DNA of 64,000 nt from an uncultured delta proteobacterium (GTDB lineage Bacteria; Desulfobacterota; Desulfobacteria; Desulfobacterales; B30-G6): assembly GCA_963823335.1 (NCBI GenBank), contig CAWGLD010000001.1, positions 1,440,001 through 1,504,000 of the forward strand. The letters run 5' to 3'. The stretch's first letter is position 1, and the number at the start of each line of letters is the position of its first letter. The position numbers were made by a program, and so were the translations under genes. Positions 9,218 to 18,278 of this stretch are shown here, piece after piece. Below the pieces are notes generated by a model. That model was not told the origin of the DNA. It saw nothing but the letters and a program-made list of their open reading frames with translations, and searched no databases.

Positions 9218-10549
9218 ATGAACACCTACGAACTCATTAAAAAGAAACGGGACGGCCGATCACTATCGACAGAGGAGATCGGATATCTGATCAACGGCTA
9301 TACCAACGGCCATATCCCGGACTATCAGATGGCTGCCTTTTTGATGTCGGTCTATTTCAAGGGCATGAACGCTCGTGAATGCAGGGACTTGACCATGAAA
9401 ATGGTTGACTCCGGAGTGTCTGTGGATTTGTCTCCCATCAAAGGCTTTAAAGTCGACAAGCATTCCACGGGAGGTGTGGGGGACAAGACAACCCTTGTGC
9501 TGGCACCTCTGGTGGCTTCCTGTGGCGGTATTGTGGCCAAAATGTCCGGCAGGGAACTGGGCCATACGGGTGGTACTGTTGACAAACTCGAATCGATTCC
9601 CGGGATGCGGACAGATTTTACCCAGGATCAGTTTATCGATATTACCAACCGGGTCCATGTGAGCATCATTGCCCAAACCGAGACACTGGCGCCGGCGGAC
9701 AAGCGGATCTATGCCTTGAGAAACGTCACGGCTACCGTGGACGCCATTCCGCTGATAGCCAGTTCGATCATGAGCAAGAAACTGGCTGCCGGTGCAGACG
9801 GTATCGTTCTCGACGTCAAGACGGGTGCCGGAGCGTTTACACCCCTTTATGCAGACGCCGTGAAGCTGGCAAAAACCATGGTCGGTATCGGCGAAGGTTT
9901 GGGCAAGAAGATCACCGCTTTTATCACAGGAATGGCGCAACCGTTGGGATATGCCGTCGGAAACGCCTTGGAAGTCAAAGAAGCCATCGATACGCTCAAT
10001 GGATCGGGGCCGCCCGACTTGACGGAACTGGTGCTGACATTGGGCAGTGAAATGCTTATGCTGTCCGGAATAGGTCAATCCCATTCGGAAGCAAAAGCGA
10101 TGTTGAAAGCACAACTTGCCAATAAAAAAGGGGCCCGGAAATTAAAGGCCTTTATAGAAGCCCAGGGGGGTGACCCGGGGGTGGTCGAGAACACCGGTCT
10201 GCTGCCCCGGTCCAGAACAATCCTCCCGTTGGAATCGGATAGCACGGGCGTCATTCAGGGGATCGACGCGCTTGAAATAGGGATGGCCGCTAAGCTACTT
10301 GGCGCCGGCAGGCAGACCAAGGAGGACGCCATCGACCTGTCCATCGGTGTGGTCTTGTGCAAAAAAGTCGGCGATTCCGTCCAGAAAGGTGAACCCCTGG
10401 CAAGGCTTCACTCGGACGGAGACGCTGCCAAAATCGATCCTGCCGTTAAACGGTTGTTTAGGGCCTACACCATCGGTCCTGAAGCTATCATCCCGCCGAG
10501 GCTTGTTCTGGCAAGGATTTCCGGCGATACCGTCAAAGAGGTGAATTGA
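9218..10549 (+). CDS. pdp: Pyrimidine-nucleoside (thymidine) phosphorylase
   Basis: IKKKRDG, DKHSTGGVGDK, KMSGRELGHTGGTVDKLESIPG and SIMSKKLA motifs. Confidence 0.96.
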   Translation: MNTYELIKKKRDGRSLSTEEIGYLINGYTNGHIPDYQMAAFLMSVYFKGMNARECRDLTMKMVDSGVSVDLSPIKGFKVDKHSTGGVGDKTTLVLAPLVASCGGIVAKMSGRELGHTGGTVDKLESIPGMRTDFTQDQFIDITNRVHVSIIAQTETLAPADKRIYALRNVTATVDAIPLIASSIMSKKLAAGADGIVLDVKTGAGAFTPLYADAVKLAKTMVGIGEGLGKKITAFITGMAQPLGYAVGNALEVKEAIDTLNGSGPPDLTELVLTLGSEMLMLSGIGQSHSEAKAMLKAQLANKKGARKLKAFIEAQGGDPGVVENTGLLPRSRTILPLESDSTGVIQGIDALEIGMAAKLLGAGRQTKEDAIDLSIGVVLCKKVGDSVQKGEPLARLHSDGDAAKIDPAVKRLFRAYTIGPEAIIPPRLVLARISGDTVKEVN

Positions 10550-11496
10550 TGAGGGCAACCCGCACAGATCGATTCGAATCGGTCTTGAGCACATTCCCGA
10601 AGTCTGTCCAGCCACTTCTGCGATACCTGCCACAGCAGGGGGGCCAACTTTCTCCAGAAGCGTGTAACACCCTCATGGACCTGCTGGATCTGTCCGTGGA
10701 AGAGTTGATGATGCGTCTCCTGCCGTTGGCAAAAGTTTTTACCCTGGCATCGGTGTCCAATTTTCATGTGGGTGCGGTTGCACTGGCAAAAGAAAATTCT
10801 GCTGATGGACCAAAGCATCTCTACCTGGGGGCCAATATGGAATTCGAGCACCTGGCCCTGAACATGTCGATTCATGCAGAACAAGCGGTGGTCGTAAATG
10901 CCTGGCATCACGGAGCGCGTCGTATCAAAGCCATTGCCACCTCCGAGCTTCCCTGCGGACATTGTCGCCAGTTCCTACAGGAGCTTGGCGGCAGCACCGA
11001 TCTGATGGTTCTGAAGCCTGTTGGGCAAGGGAATGACTATCACGCAAAGCAGTTATCGGAAATCCTTCCCACAGCTTTTTCCCCAACGGATCTGGGCAAC
11101 AGCCAGGGCTTTATGGCAGCCCCCGAAACAATCCGACATCTCGGGCTGGTACACCCGTCGGACGATCCGTTGATTCAGGCGGCACTATCGGCTGCCGTGG
11201 CATCCTATGCCCCATATACCGGGAACCTTGCCGGCTGTGCGCTAAAGACCTCGCAAGGGGAAATTGTAAACGGGCGCTATGTGGAATCCGTCGCCTACAA
11301 CCCGAGCATATCACCGCTCCATTCGACACTATTGCGGCTGAATCTGATGACGCTTGAGGACAAGTATGCCATCGAGCGCATTGTTCTGGTGGAAAGACCT
11401 ACACGTATCCGCCAGAAAGATCTTGTGGAAATGCTGATCAGATCGTGGATGCAAGAGGCCGAACTCGAGTATTATATTGTCCAAGAGGAGGAATGA
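10549..11496 (+). CDS. cdd: Cytidine deaminase, long homodimeric (E. coli Cdd-like) form
   Basis: S.FHVGA, GANMEF, HAEQ and PCGHCRQF zinc motifs plus a second pseudo-domain (SYAPYT, ESVAYNPS). TGATG coupling to pdp. Confidence 0.93.
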   Translation: MRATRTDRFESVLSTFPKSVQPLLRYLPQQGGQLSPEACNTLMDLLDLSVEELMMRLLPLAKVFTLASVSNFHVGAVALAKENSADGPKHLYLGANMEFEHLALNMSIHAEQAVVVNAWHHGARRIKAIATSELPCGHCRQFLQELGGSTDLMVLKPVGQGNDYHAKQLSEILPTAFSPTDLGNSQGFMAAPETIRHLGLVHPSDDPLIQAALSAAVASYAPYTGNLAGCALKTSQGEIVNGRYVESVAYNPSISPLHSTLLRLNLMTLEDKYAIERIVLVERPTRIRQKDLVEMLIRSWMQEAELEYYIVQEEE

Positions 11497-11498
11497 GC

Positions 11499-12197
11499 AT
11501 GAAAGACCAATTGGCAAATGCCACCATCACATTAGAAACCATGGCAAAGGCAATCGATCATACCGCACTGAAACCGGATGCACTGCAAACCGAGCTGGAT
11601 ATTCTCGCTGAAGAAGCCATGACACATGGCTTTGGTGCCGTGTGTGTCAATTCGTGTCATGTCAAACGGGTTTCCGACATGCTGAAAGATAGCGGTGTTC
11701 ACGTATGCTCTGTCGTTGGGTTTCCCCTGGGGGCCATGCACACAACGGCCAAGGTATGCGAAGCGGAAACAGCGATAGAGGACGGGGCTGTGGAACTCGA
11801 TATGGTCTTGAACATAGGCGCTCTCAGATCCGGGGATTTTAAAACTGCACAAGCAGATATTCAGGCGGTGCGTGAAGTCACCGGCCCCGACATAATTCTC
11901 AAAGTGATCATCGAAGCCTGTCTGTTGACGGAAAAGGAGATAATGCTGGCCTGTAAAATAGCCATGTCGGCCAATGCGAACTTTGTCAAAACCAGCACCG
12001 GTTTTTCTAGCGGGGGTGCAACCATTTCAGATGTCAGGCTGATGAAGCAAACCGTTGGCGACACTATGCAGGTCAAGGCCAGCGGCGGTATCAGGGACTG
12101 GGATACCGCAGCAGCCATGCTTAGGGCCGGTGCCAGCCGCATCGGCACCAGTTCCGGTGTGACGATTCTTCAAAACGCACCTGAAAAGCAGCGATGA
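11499..12197 (+). CDS. deoC: Deoxyribose-phosphate aldolase
   Basis: IDHTALKP, VVGFPLG, LKVIIE, FVKTSTGF, KASGGIR and RIGTSSG motifs; GAGGAGG RBS. Confidence 0.97.
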   Translation: MKDQLANATITLETMAKAIDHTALKPDALQTELDILAEEAMTHGFGAVCVNSCHVKRVSDMLKDSGVHVCSVVGFPLGAMHTTAKVCEAETAIEDGAVELDMVLNIGALRSGDFKTAQADIQAVREVTGPDIILKVIIEACLLTEKEIMLACKIAMSANANFVKTSTGFSSGGATISDVRLMKQTVGDTMQVKASGGIRDWDTAAAMLRAGASRIGTSSGVTILQNAPEKQR

Positions 12198-12364
12198 AAC
12201 GCCTGTACAAGGGACGATAATATGCTTGCAATAAACCTCCCGAGCAATTAATATCGCTCTGCAAAGGCTGCAAAGACATTTCTTTTTTGCTGACGTATCC
12301 TTTCTGGTATCTATCGGACTATGTTTTTCGTTCTATTCATAATTCAGAACAATGAGGAGGACCT

Positions 12365-13372
12365 ATGAAAAGATTCAGATTCATCCACCTGATGTTGGTC
12401 GCGATCGCATTATTGATCTGTTTCGGCACCCCGGCAATGGGTGCAAAACTAAGAATCGCCATGGTCACCGATGTGGGGGGTGTCAACGATCAGTCATTCA
12501 ACCAGTCGGCCTGGGAGGGACTCCAGCGATTGGAGAAAGACTTCGGTATCAACGTGGCATACAAGGAATCCAAGCAGGACGCGGATTATGCCCCTAATAT
12601 GGAAACCCTGACCGATGCCGGGTTCGATCTGATCTGGGGAATCGGTTTTCTGATGGGCGACGCCATCAAGACCACGGCACAAATCAATCCAGACCAGAAG
12701 TATGCCATCATTGATTTTGCCTATGGTCCTGAAACCCCCAAAAATGTGTCCGGTGTGGTATTCCAGGAAGAGCAACCCTCCTTTCTGGTGGGCTATATCG
12801 CCGGCAAAATGACGAAAACCAACAAAATCGGTTTTGTGGGTGGCATCAAGTTTCCCCTCATCGAAAGATTCGAATATGGCTATATGGCCGGGGCCAGGAT
12901 GGCCAATCCCAAGTGTGAAGTCCTGTCCCAGTACGCGGAATCTTTTACCGATGCTGCCAAGGGCAAAGCCATTACCAACAATATGTATCAAAAGGGTGCC
13001 GACATTGTTTTCCACGCCTCCGGCGGTGTCGGTGACGGCGTCATCGAAGCGGCCAAGGAAAAGGGCAAATGGGCCATCGGTGTGGACAAGGATCAAAACT
13101 TTCTGGCACCGGACAATGTGCTTACCTCGGCCATGAAACGGGTGGACAATGCCATATACGATGTGGGCCACAAGTTGAAAGAAGGTCAATGGAACGGTGG
13201 CGAAACCGTGGTTTACAATCTTTCCAACGACGGTGTCGGCATCGCTCCGACGTCTAAAAAACATGTTCCGGCCAATATTCTGGCCGAGGTGGATCAATTG
13301 GTCGCCAGGATCAAAAAGGGAGATTTCAAGGTACCCTCCACCAAGGCCGAATTCGATGCATTCAAGTTCTAA
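12365..13372 (+). CDS. BMP-family nucleoside ABC transporter substrate-binding protein (NupN/PnrA-like)
   Basis: Signal peptide; TDVGGVNDQSFNQSAWEG, IGVDKDQ and TSAMKRVD motifs. Confidence 0.93.
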   Translation: MKRFRFIHLMLVAIALLICFGTPAMGAKLRIAMVTDVGGVNDQSFNQSAWEGLQRLEKDFGINVAYKESKQDADYAPNMETLTDAGFDLIWGIGFLMGDAIKTTAQINPDQKYAIIDFAYGPETPKNVSGVVFQEEQPSFLVGYIAGKMTKTNKIGFVGGIKFPLIERFEYGYMAGARMANPKCEVLSQYAESFTDAAKGKAITNNMYQKGADIVFHASGGVGDGVIEAAKEKGKWAIGVDKDQNFLAPDNVLTSAMKRVDNAIYDVGHKLKEGQWNGGETVVYNLSNDGVGIAPTSKKHVPANILAEVDQLVARIKKGDFKVPSTKAEFDAFKF

Positions 13373-13482
13373 CCCGACTGGATAACGTCCTTGGCCACTT
13401 GTCTGATGTCGTTCCCCGGTTGTGCTTTGCATGGGCTCTGACCAAGCGCGCAGGGTTTAGAAAGATCATGGAAAACGAGCAA

Positions 13483-13510
13483 GCCGGCCCTTTTGAACAA
13501 CAGGGCCGGT
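13483..13510 (+). other. Intercistronic stem-loop after the binding-protein gene
   Basis: GCCGGCCCT...AGGGCCGGT inverted repeat with no U-tract; may stabilise upstream mRNA. Confidence 0.4.
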
Positions 13511-13590
13511 GACGCTTCCAATATCATCCCCACAAACGGACCCCGCCGGCGTCAACGCCTTGTACTGGAACGAAAACCCGCAAAGGAGAC

Positions 13591-15129
13591 ATGCATGTGA
13601 CGACCATCGATTTTTCCCAAAAAGTCGTTGAGATGATCGATGTAGTAAAAAAATTTGGTGATTTTGTCGCCAACGACCGGATCAGTTTAACGGTACACAA
13701 AGGCGAAGTGCATTCGCTCTTGGGGGAAAACGGAGCCGGCAAGACGACCCTGGTGAACTGTCTTTACGGTCTCTACCGTCCTACCCAGGGCAGGATTTGC
13801 ATCAAGGGGCAAGAGGTCGAAATCAGCGATCCCAATGTGGCTATCCAGCACGGTATCGGCATGGTTCATCAGCACTTCATGCTGGTGGATACCTTTACGG
13901 TTACCCAGAACATCATTCTGGGGAGAGAAACCACCAAAATGATGGGGATTCTCGATATAGCCGCTGCCGAGAAAAAAGTGTCCGAGATTTCCGAACGCTA
14001 CGGATTGGCCATCAACCCCCGGGACAGGATTCAAGACATCTCCGTCGGCAGCCAGCAACGGGTGGAGATTCTAAAGGCTCTCTACAGGGGCGCTGAAATT
14101 CTGATTCTGGACGAGCCCACCGCCGTTCTGACCCCCCAGGAGATCCAGGAGCTGGTGACGATTATCCGCAACCTCACCCAAGAGGGCAAGTCCATCATCA
14201 TCATCACCCATAAACTCCACGAGATCAAACAGATGGCCGACTATTGCACCGTTATCCGACGAGGTAAATTTGTCGATACCGTTGAGGTGGATAAGATCAC
14301 AGAACAGGAGCTGGCCTCCATGATGGTGGGTCGTGAAGTTTCCTTTATGGTGCAGAAAAAGGTTCAGCAAAAAGGGGCGCAGATTCTTGCCATCCAGGAT
14401 CTGGTGGTAAAGGACAACCGGGGTATTGCGGCTGTTAACGGGCTCAGTCTGTCGTTGTACAAAGGGGAAATTCTCGGTATTGCCGGGGTGGACGGCAATG
14501 GTCAATCCGAGCTTGTGGAGGCGCTGACCGGGCTGCGCAGGGTTGCCGGGGGAACCATCACCCTGCATGGCAAGGAGATCACCGGATCGAATCCCAAGGA
14601 AGTGATCAACCGCTGTAACATACGTACCATCCACGAAGACCGGCAGAAAAGAGGCCTGGTCATGGAGTTCGATGTGGCCGAAAATCTCATTCTGGAAACT
14701 TACCACGACAGCCCCTTTTCCAATCACGGGATGTTGAACCATGAGAAAATATATGCCTGGGCCGATCACTGCACCGAGGCGTATGATATCCGCCCCGCGA
14801 ATCCTTATCTGGCGGCCAAATCCCTGTCCGGAGGGAACCAGCAAAAGGTGATCATTGCAAGGGAGGTGAGCAACGACCCCGAAGTCCTGATTGCTTCCCA
14901 GCCCACGCGGGGTCTGGACGTGGGAGCCATCGAGTATGTCCACACGGCATTGGTGAATCAGCGGGACAGGGGTAAGGCGGTACTGCTGATATCCTTCGAT
15001 TTGGACGAGATCATGAATGTGTCTGATCGCATTGCCGTCATTTTCGAGGGTAAAATTGTGGGAATTGCCGATGCGATCGGTGTCGATGAGAACGAAATAG
15101 GCCTCATGATGGCAGGGGGCAGCCCATGA
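13591..15129 (+). CDS. Nucleoside ABC transporter ATP-binding protein (two fused ABC domains, NupO-like)
   Basis: GENGAGKTT, ILDEPT, GVDGNGQ, LSGGNQQK and QPTRGLD motifs. Confidence 0.95.
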   Translation: MHVTTIDFSQKVVEMIDVVKKFGDFVANDRISLTVHKGEVHSLLGENGAGKTTLVNCLYGLYRPTQGRICIKGQEVEISDPNVAIQHGIGMVHQHFMLVDTFTVTQNIILGRETTKMMGILDIAAAEKKVSEISERYGLAINPRDRIQDISVGSQQRVEILKALYRGAEILILDEPTAVLTPQEIQELVTIIRNLTQEGKSIIIITHKLHEIKQMADYCTVIRRGKFVDTVEVDKITEQELASMMVGREVSFMVQKKVQQKGAQILAIQDLVVKDNRGIAAVNGLSLSLYKGEILGIAGVDGNGQSELVEALTGLRRVAGGTITLHGKEITGSNPKEVINRCNIRTIHEDRQKRGLVMEFDVAENLILETYHDSPFSNHGMLNHEKIYAWADHCTEAYDIRPANPYLAAKSLSGGNQQKVIIAREVSNDPEVLIASQPTRGLDVGAIEYVHTALVNQRDRGKAVLLISFDLDEIMNVSDRIAVIFEGKIVGIADAIGVDENEIGLMMAGGSP

Positions 15130-16253
15130 AATTGAGTGCGGGGCTTATAAGAAACAGATTTTTGAACGGTTCCCTGGGACTGACCCTGATTTCGATCTTG
15201 CTGGGATTTCTGTTGGGGGCCATCGTTCTGCTGGTGGCCGGTTTCAACCCTCTGGAAGCGTACTGGGTTATCCTCAAGGGGATCTTTTCACGCTCCAAAT
15301 ACATGTCCTACGTGATCATCTACGCCACACCCTTGATCATTACGGGGTTGTCCGTGGCCTTTGCCCTGCGTACCGGTCTGTTCAATATCGGTGCCGAGGG
15401 ACAATATATCGTGGGTGCCATTGTGGCTGCCGCCGCAGGCTATTTTTTCAAGCTGCCCCTGGTCCTGCATGTGACCGTGGCTGTGGGGCTGGCGATGATC
15501 GCGGCTGCAATCTGGGGCGGACTGGCTGGTTACATCAAGGCCCGTTTCGGGGTTCACGAGGTGATCTCCACCATCATGCTGAACTGGATCGCCCTCTACC
15601 TTTCCAATTTTGTGATTACCCTGCAAGCTTTCGGCAGTCAGGGGACCGGTAAATCCTATGCCATTCAGTCCACCGCCAGGATCAATCTGTTGAGTGACTG
15701 GAAGCTCTCAGAGGCCGGTTTCGAGTTTATGCGCAGCCATAGGGTACTGGGAGATATCCTCAAGACCCCCATCAATCTGGGTATCATCTTTGCCATCCTG
15801 CTGGCCGTTCTGGTGTGGTACATACTCAACAAGACCACCCTGGGCTATGAACTGCGGGCCGTCGGTTTCAATCCCCATGCGGCTGAAGCCGGGGGCATCA
15901 ATGTAAAGAAAAGCATGGTGATCTCCATGCTGATCTCGGGCGCACTCGCCGGAGCGGCGGGGGCCTTTCAGGTGCTGGGGGTCAGCCATCGCATCGCAAA
16001 ACTGGCTGCCATGGAGGGCTATGGGTTCGACGGCATCGCTGTCTCGCTGATCGGCAACAACACCGGGGCGGGCAGTGTTCTTGCAGGCCTTTTATTCGGT
16101 GCCCTGAAGTACGGAGGGTCAAAGATCCAGGACGTCATGCAGGCACCCACCGAGGTGATCAACATCATGATCGGAACCATTATTCTATTTGTGGCCATGC
16201 CGAAATTGATACGGCTGATCCTGACTATTTTAGAGAGACGGGCGAAGAACTGA
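15126..16253 (+). CDS. Nucleoside ABC transporter permease (NupP-like)
   Basis: GLFNIGAEGQ, HEVISTIMLNWI and GFDGIAVSL motifs; ATGA overlap. Confidence 0.93.
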   Translation: MKLSAGLIRNRFLNGSLGLTLISILLGFLLGAIVLLVAGFNPLEAYWVILKGIFSRSKYMSYVIIYATPLIITGLSVAFALRTGLFNIGAEGQYIVGAIVAAAAGYFFKLPLVLHVTVAVGLAMIAAAIWGGLAGYIKARFGVHEVISTIMLNWIALYLSNFVITLQAFGSQGTGKSYAIQSTARINLLSDWKLSEAGFEFMRSHRVLGDILKTPINLGIIFAILLAVLVWYILNKTTLGYELRAVGFNPHAAEAGGINVKKSMVISMLISGALAGAAGAFQVLGVSHRIAKLAAMEGYGFDGIAVSLIGNNTGAGSVLAGLLFGALKYGGSKIQDVMQAPTEVINIMIGTIILFVAMPKLIRLILTILERRAKN

Positions 16254-17206
16254 TGGAAGCAATCATAAAAGACATGGGATTTATTATCGGGACGACGCTG
16301 ATGTACTCGACCCCCTTGATGTTCACCTCCCTGGGAGGTGTCATTACCGAGCGCAGCGGTGTGGTCAACATCGGTCTGGAAGGCATGATGTTCTTCGGTG
16401 CCTTTGTGGGCGCCACCGTGGCTTATTTTTCCCACAGTCCCTGGCTGGGTTTTGTTTGTGCCGGGCTGGGCGGAGCGTTGCTGGGCTTGATCCATGCCAT
16501 CGCCTGCGTTTCCTTTGCTGCCGAGCAGATTGTTTCCGGAATTGCCATCAACTTTCTGGGGCCCGGTTTTGCCCTTTTCCTGAGCCGCCTGTTTTTTGAC
16601 GGGGCTACCCAGACTCTTACGATACCTGAAAAAATTCCTTTGCCTTTAAGCTTTTTGTTTGGAGAGGGAAAACTATTCAAATCCGCCGGCTTCATGGATC
16701 TCATGTTCAACCGCTTCGCCACCGTTTACCTGGCTTTTATCCTCGTAGCCGTGGTCTGGTTTGTGCTTTACAAGACCAAGATCGGTATGCGTGTCCAGGC
16801 CGTGGGGGAGCATCCCGAGGCAGCCGATACGCTAGGTATCAGTGTTTACCGTATCCGCTATGGCGCCGTCATGGTTTCCGGTTTTTTGGCCGGTCTGGGC
16901 GGGGCTGCCATGAGTATTGCAGTGGTCTCCCGTTTCAGCAATACCTTGATATCCGGGCACGGCTTTATCGCCCTGGCAGCCATGATTTTCGGCAAGTGGA
17001 AACCCCAGGGCGCCATGCTGGCCTGCCTGCTTTTTGGCGCTGCCAAAGGCGTGGAGATCTATCTGGGTGCCAGGGGGTTCCCGGTGCCTTCCAGCCTGCT
17101 GGCCATGCTGCCCTATATTCTGACCATCATCGTGCTGGTGGGTGTCGTGGGAAAGACCACGCCTCCGGCAGCCATTGGAAAAATTTTCGATAAAAGCGGC
17201 AAGTGA
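16253..17206 (+). CDS. Nucleoside ABC transporter permease (NupQ-like)
   Basis: ERSGVVNIGLEG, GEHPEAADTLG, GFIALAAMIFGKWKP and LPYILT motifs. Confidence 0.93.
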   Translation: MEAIIKDMGFIIGTTLMYSTPLMFTSLGGVITERSGVVNIGLEGMMFFGAFVGATVAYFSHSPWLGFVCAGLGGALLGLIHAIACVSFAAEQIVSGIAINFLGPGFALFLSRLFFDGATQTLTIPEKIPLPLSFLFGEGKLFKSAGFMDLMFNRFATVYLAFILVAVVWFVLYKTKIGMRVQAVGEHPEAADTLGISVYRIRYGAVMVSGFLAGLGGAAMSIAVVSRFSNTLISGHGFIALAAMIFGKWKPQGAMLACLLFGAAKGVEIYLGARGFPVPSSLLAMLPYILTIIVLVGVVGKTTPPAAIGKIFDKSGK

Positions 17207-17266
17207 AGAGACTTCTCTCCCGGCCTGAAATATCCCCATGACGATGACGACAAATGAAATAGCGGA

Positions 17267-17295
17267 TTGATCTTTATGGTTTTAATTCGTATACT
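17267..17295 (+). promoter_or_regulatory. Putative sigma70 promoter of the methyltransferase-gabT-aor-pylB-liv cluster
   Basis: TTGATC-N17-TATACT. Confidence 0.55.
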
Positions 17296-17420
17296 ACCTT
17301 AAGGTGTAAGGTCGACAATTCCTCGTTGTTTTAGGGGCGAAATGGAGAGCCCGCTTGGGGGTCTGCGCGGCTCTTCAATTATTTTTTTCAATCGAGAACA
17401 GCTGTAAAAGGAGAAAATTA

Positions 17421-18218
17421 ATGCTTATTGTTGGAGAACTCATTAATGCCAGCCGCAAAGCCATTGCAACGGCTATCGAAACACAGGATGGTGATGCCAT
17501 CAAAAAGGTTGCCCAGGATGAATTCGAGGCGGGTGCCCACTACATCGATGTAAACGCAGGTGTCTTTGTGGGCCGGGAGCCCGAGTATCTGACCTGGCTG
17601 GTGAAAACCGTCCAGTCTGCCGTCGAAGCACCCTGTTGTATCGACAGCCCCGATCCGAAGGCCATCGAAGCGGCCCTCTCGGTACACAAGGGAACACCCA
17701 TGATCAACTCCATTTCCCTGGAAAAAGAGCGTTACAACAGCCTGCTGCCCATTGTAGCCAACACGGACATGAAAGTTGTGGCGCTCTGCATGAGCGACGA
17801 GGGCATGCCCGAGACAGCCGATGACCGCATGGCTATTGCCGACAAGCTGGTCAACGGGCTTTTGCAAAAGAATGTTTCCATCGAGAATATTTATGTGGAT
17901 CCCCTGGTGCAACCGGTTGCCACGAACGAGACCTTCGGGGTTGAATTTCTGGAAACCATTGAAAGACTCACGCAAACTTTCAAGGGAATCCACACGGTTT
18001 GCGGGTTGTCCAACATCTCTTTTGGTCTGCCGAACCGGTCTTTTTTAAACCAGACCTTTATGAGCATGGCCATTGCCAAAGGGCTTGACGGCGCGATCAT
18101 CAATCCATTGGACAAAAAGATGATGGCCAACATCATTGCTGCCACTGCCCTGGCAGGTCAGGATGATTATTGCATGAATTATCTAAAGGCGTACCGGGCA
18201 AACCGTTTCGAGTTCTGA
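17421..18218 (+). CDS. Methyltetrahydrofolate:corrinoid methyltransferase (AcsE/MtqA-like pterin-binding protein)
   Basis: GELINASRK, DVNAG, IDS, INSIS, VDPL and GLSNISFGLPNR motifs; AGGAG RBS before ATG 17421. Confidence 0.9.
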   Translation: MLIVGELINASRKAIATAIETQDGDAIKKVAQDEFEAGAHYIDVNAGVFVGREPEYLTWLVKTVQSAVEAPCCIDSPDPKAIEAALSVHKGTPMINSISLEKERYNSLLPIVANTDMKVVALCMSDEGMPETADDRMAIADKLVNGLLQKNVSIENIYVDPLVQPVATNETFGVEFLETIERLTQTFKGIHTVCGLSNISFGLPNRSFLNQTFMSMAIAKGLDGAIINPLDKKMMANIIAATALAGQDDYCMNYLKAYRANRFEF

Positions 18219-18278
18219 TATCTCGGCGGATTGATATCGGCACGGATAACATGGAATTATCTATTATGGAGGGAAGAC

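Noticed and set aside
12198-12364. Purine riboswitch upstream of the nucleoside-binding protein
   Set aside because: I recognised no three-way junction or conserved purine aptamer motifs.
12494-13432. Long antisense ORFs (also 9263-10114, 14071-14943, 18264-19136, 27944-28969, 35620-36543, 38476-39387, 54105-54944)
   Set aside because: They are shadow frames opposite well-supported genes and have no recognisable motifs.
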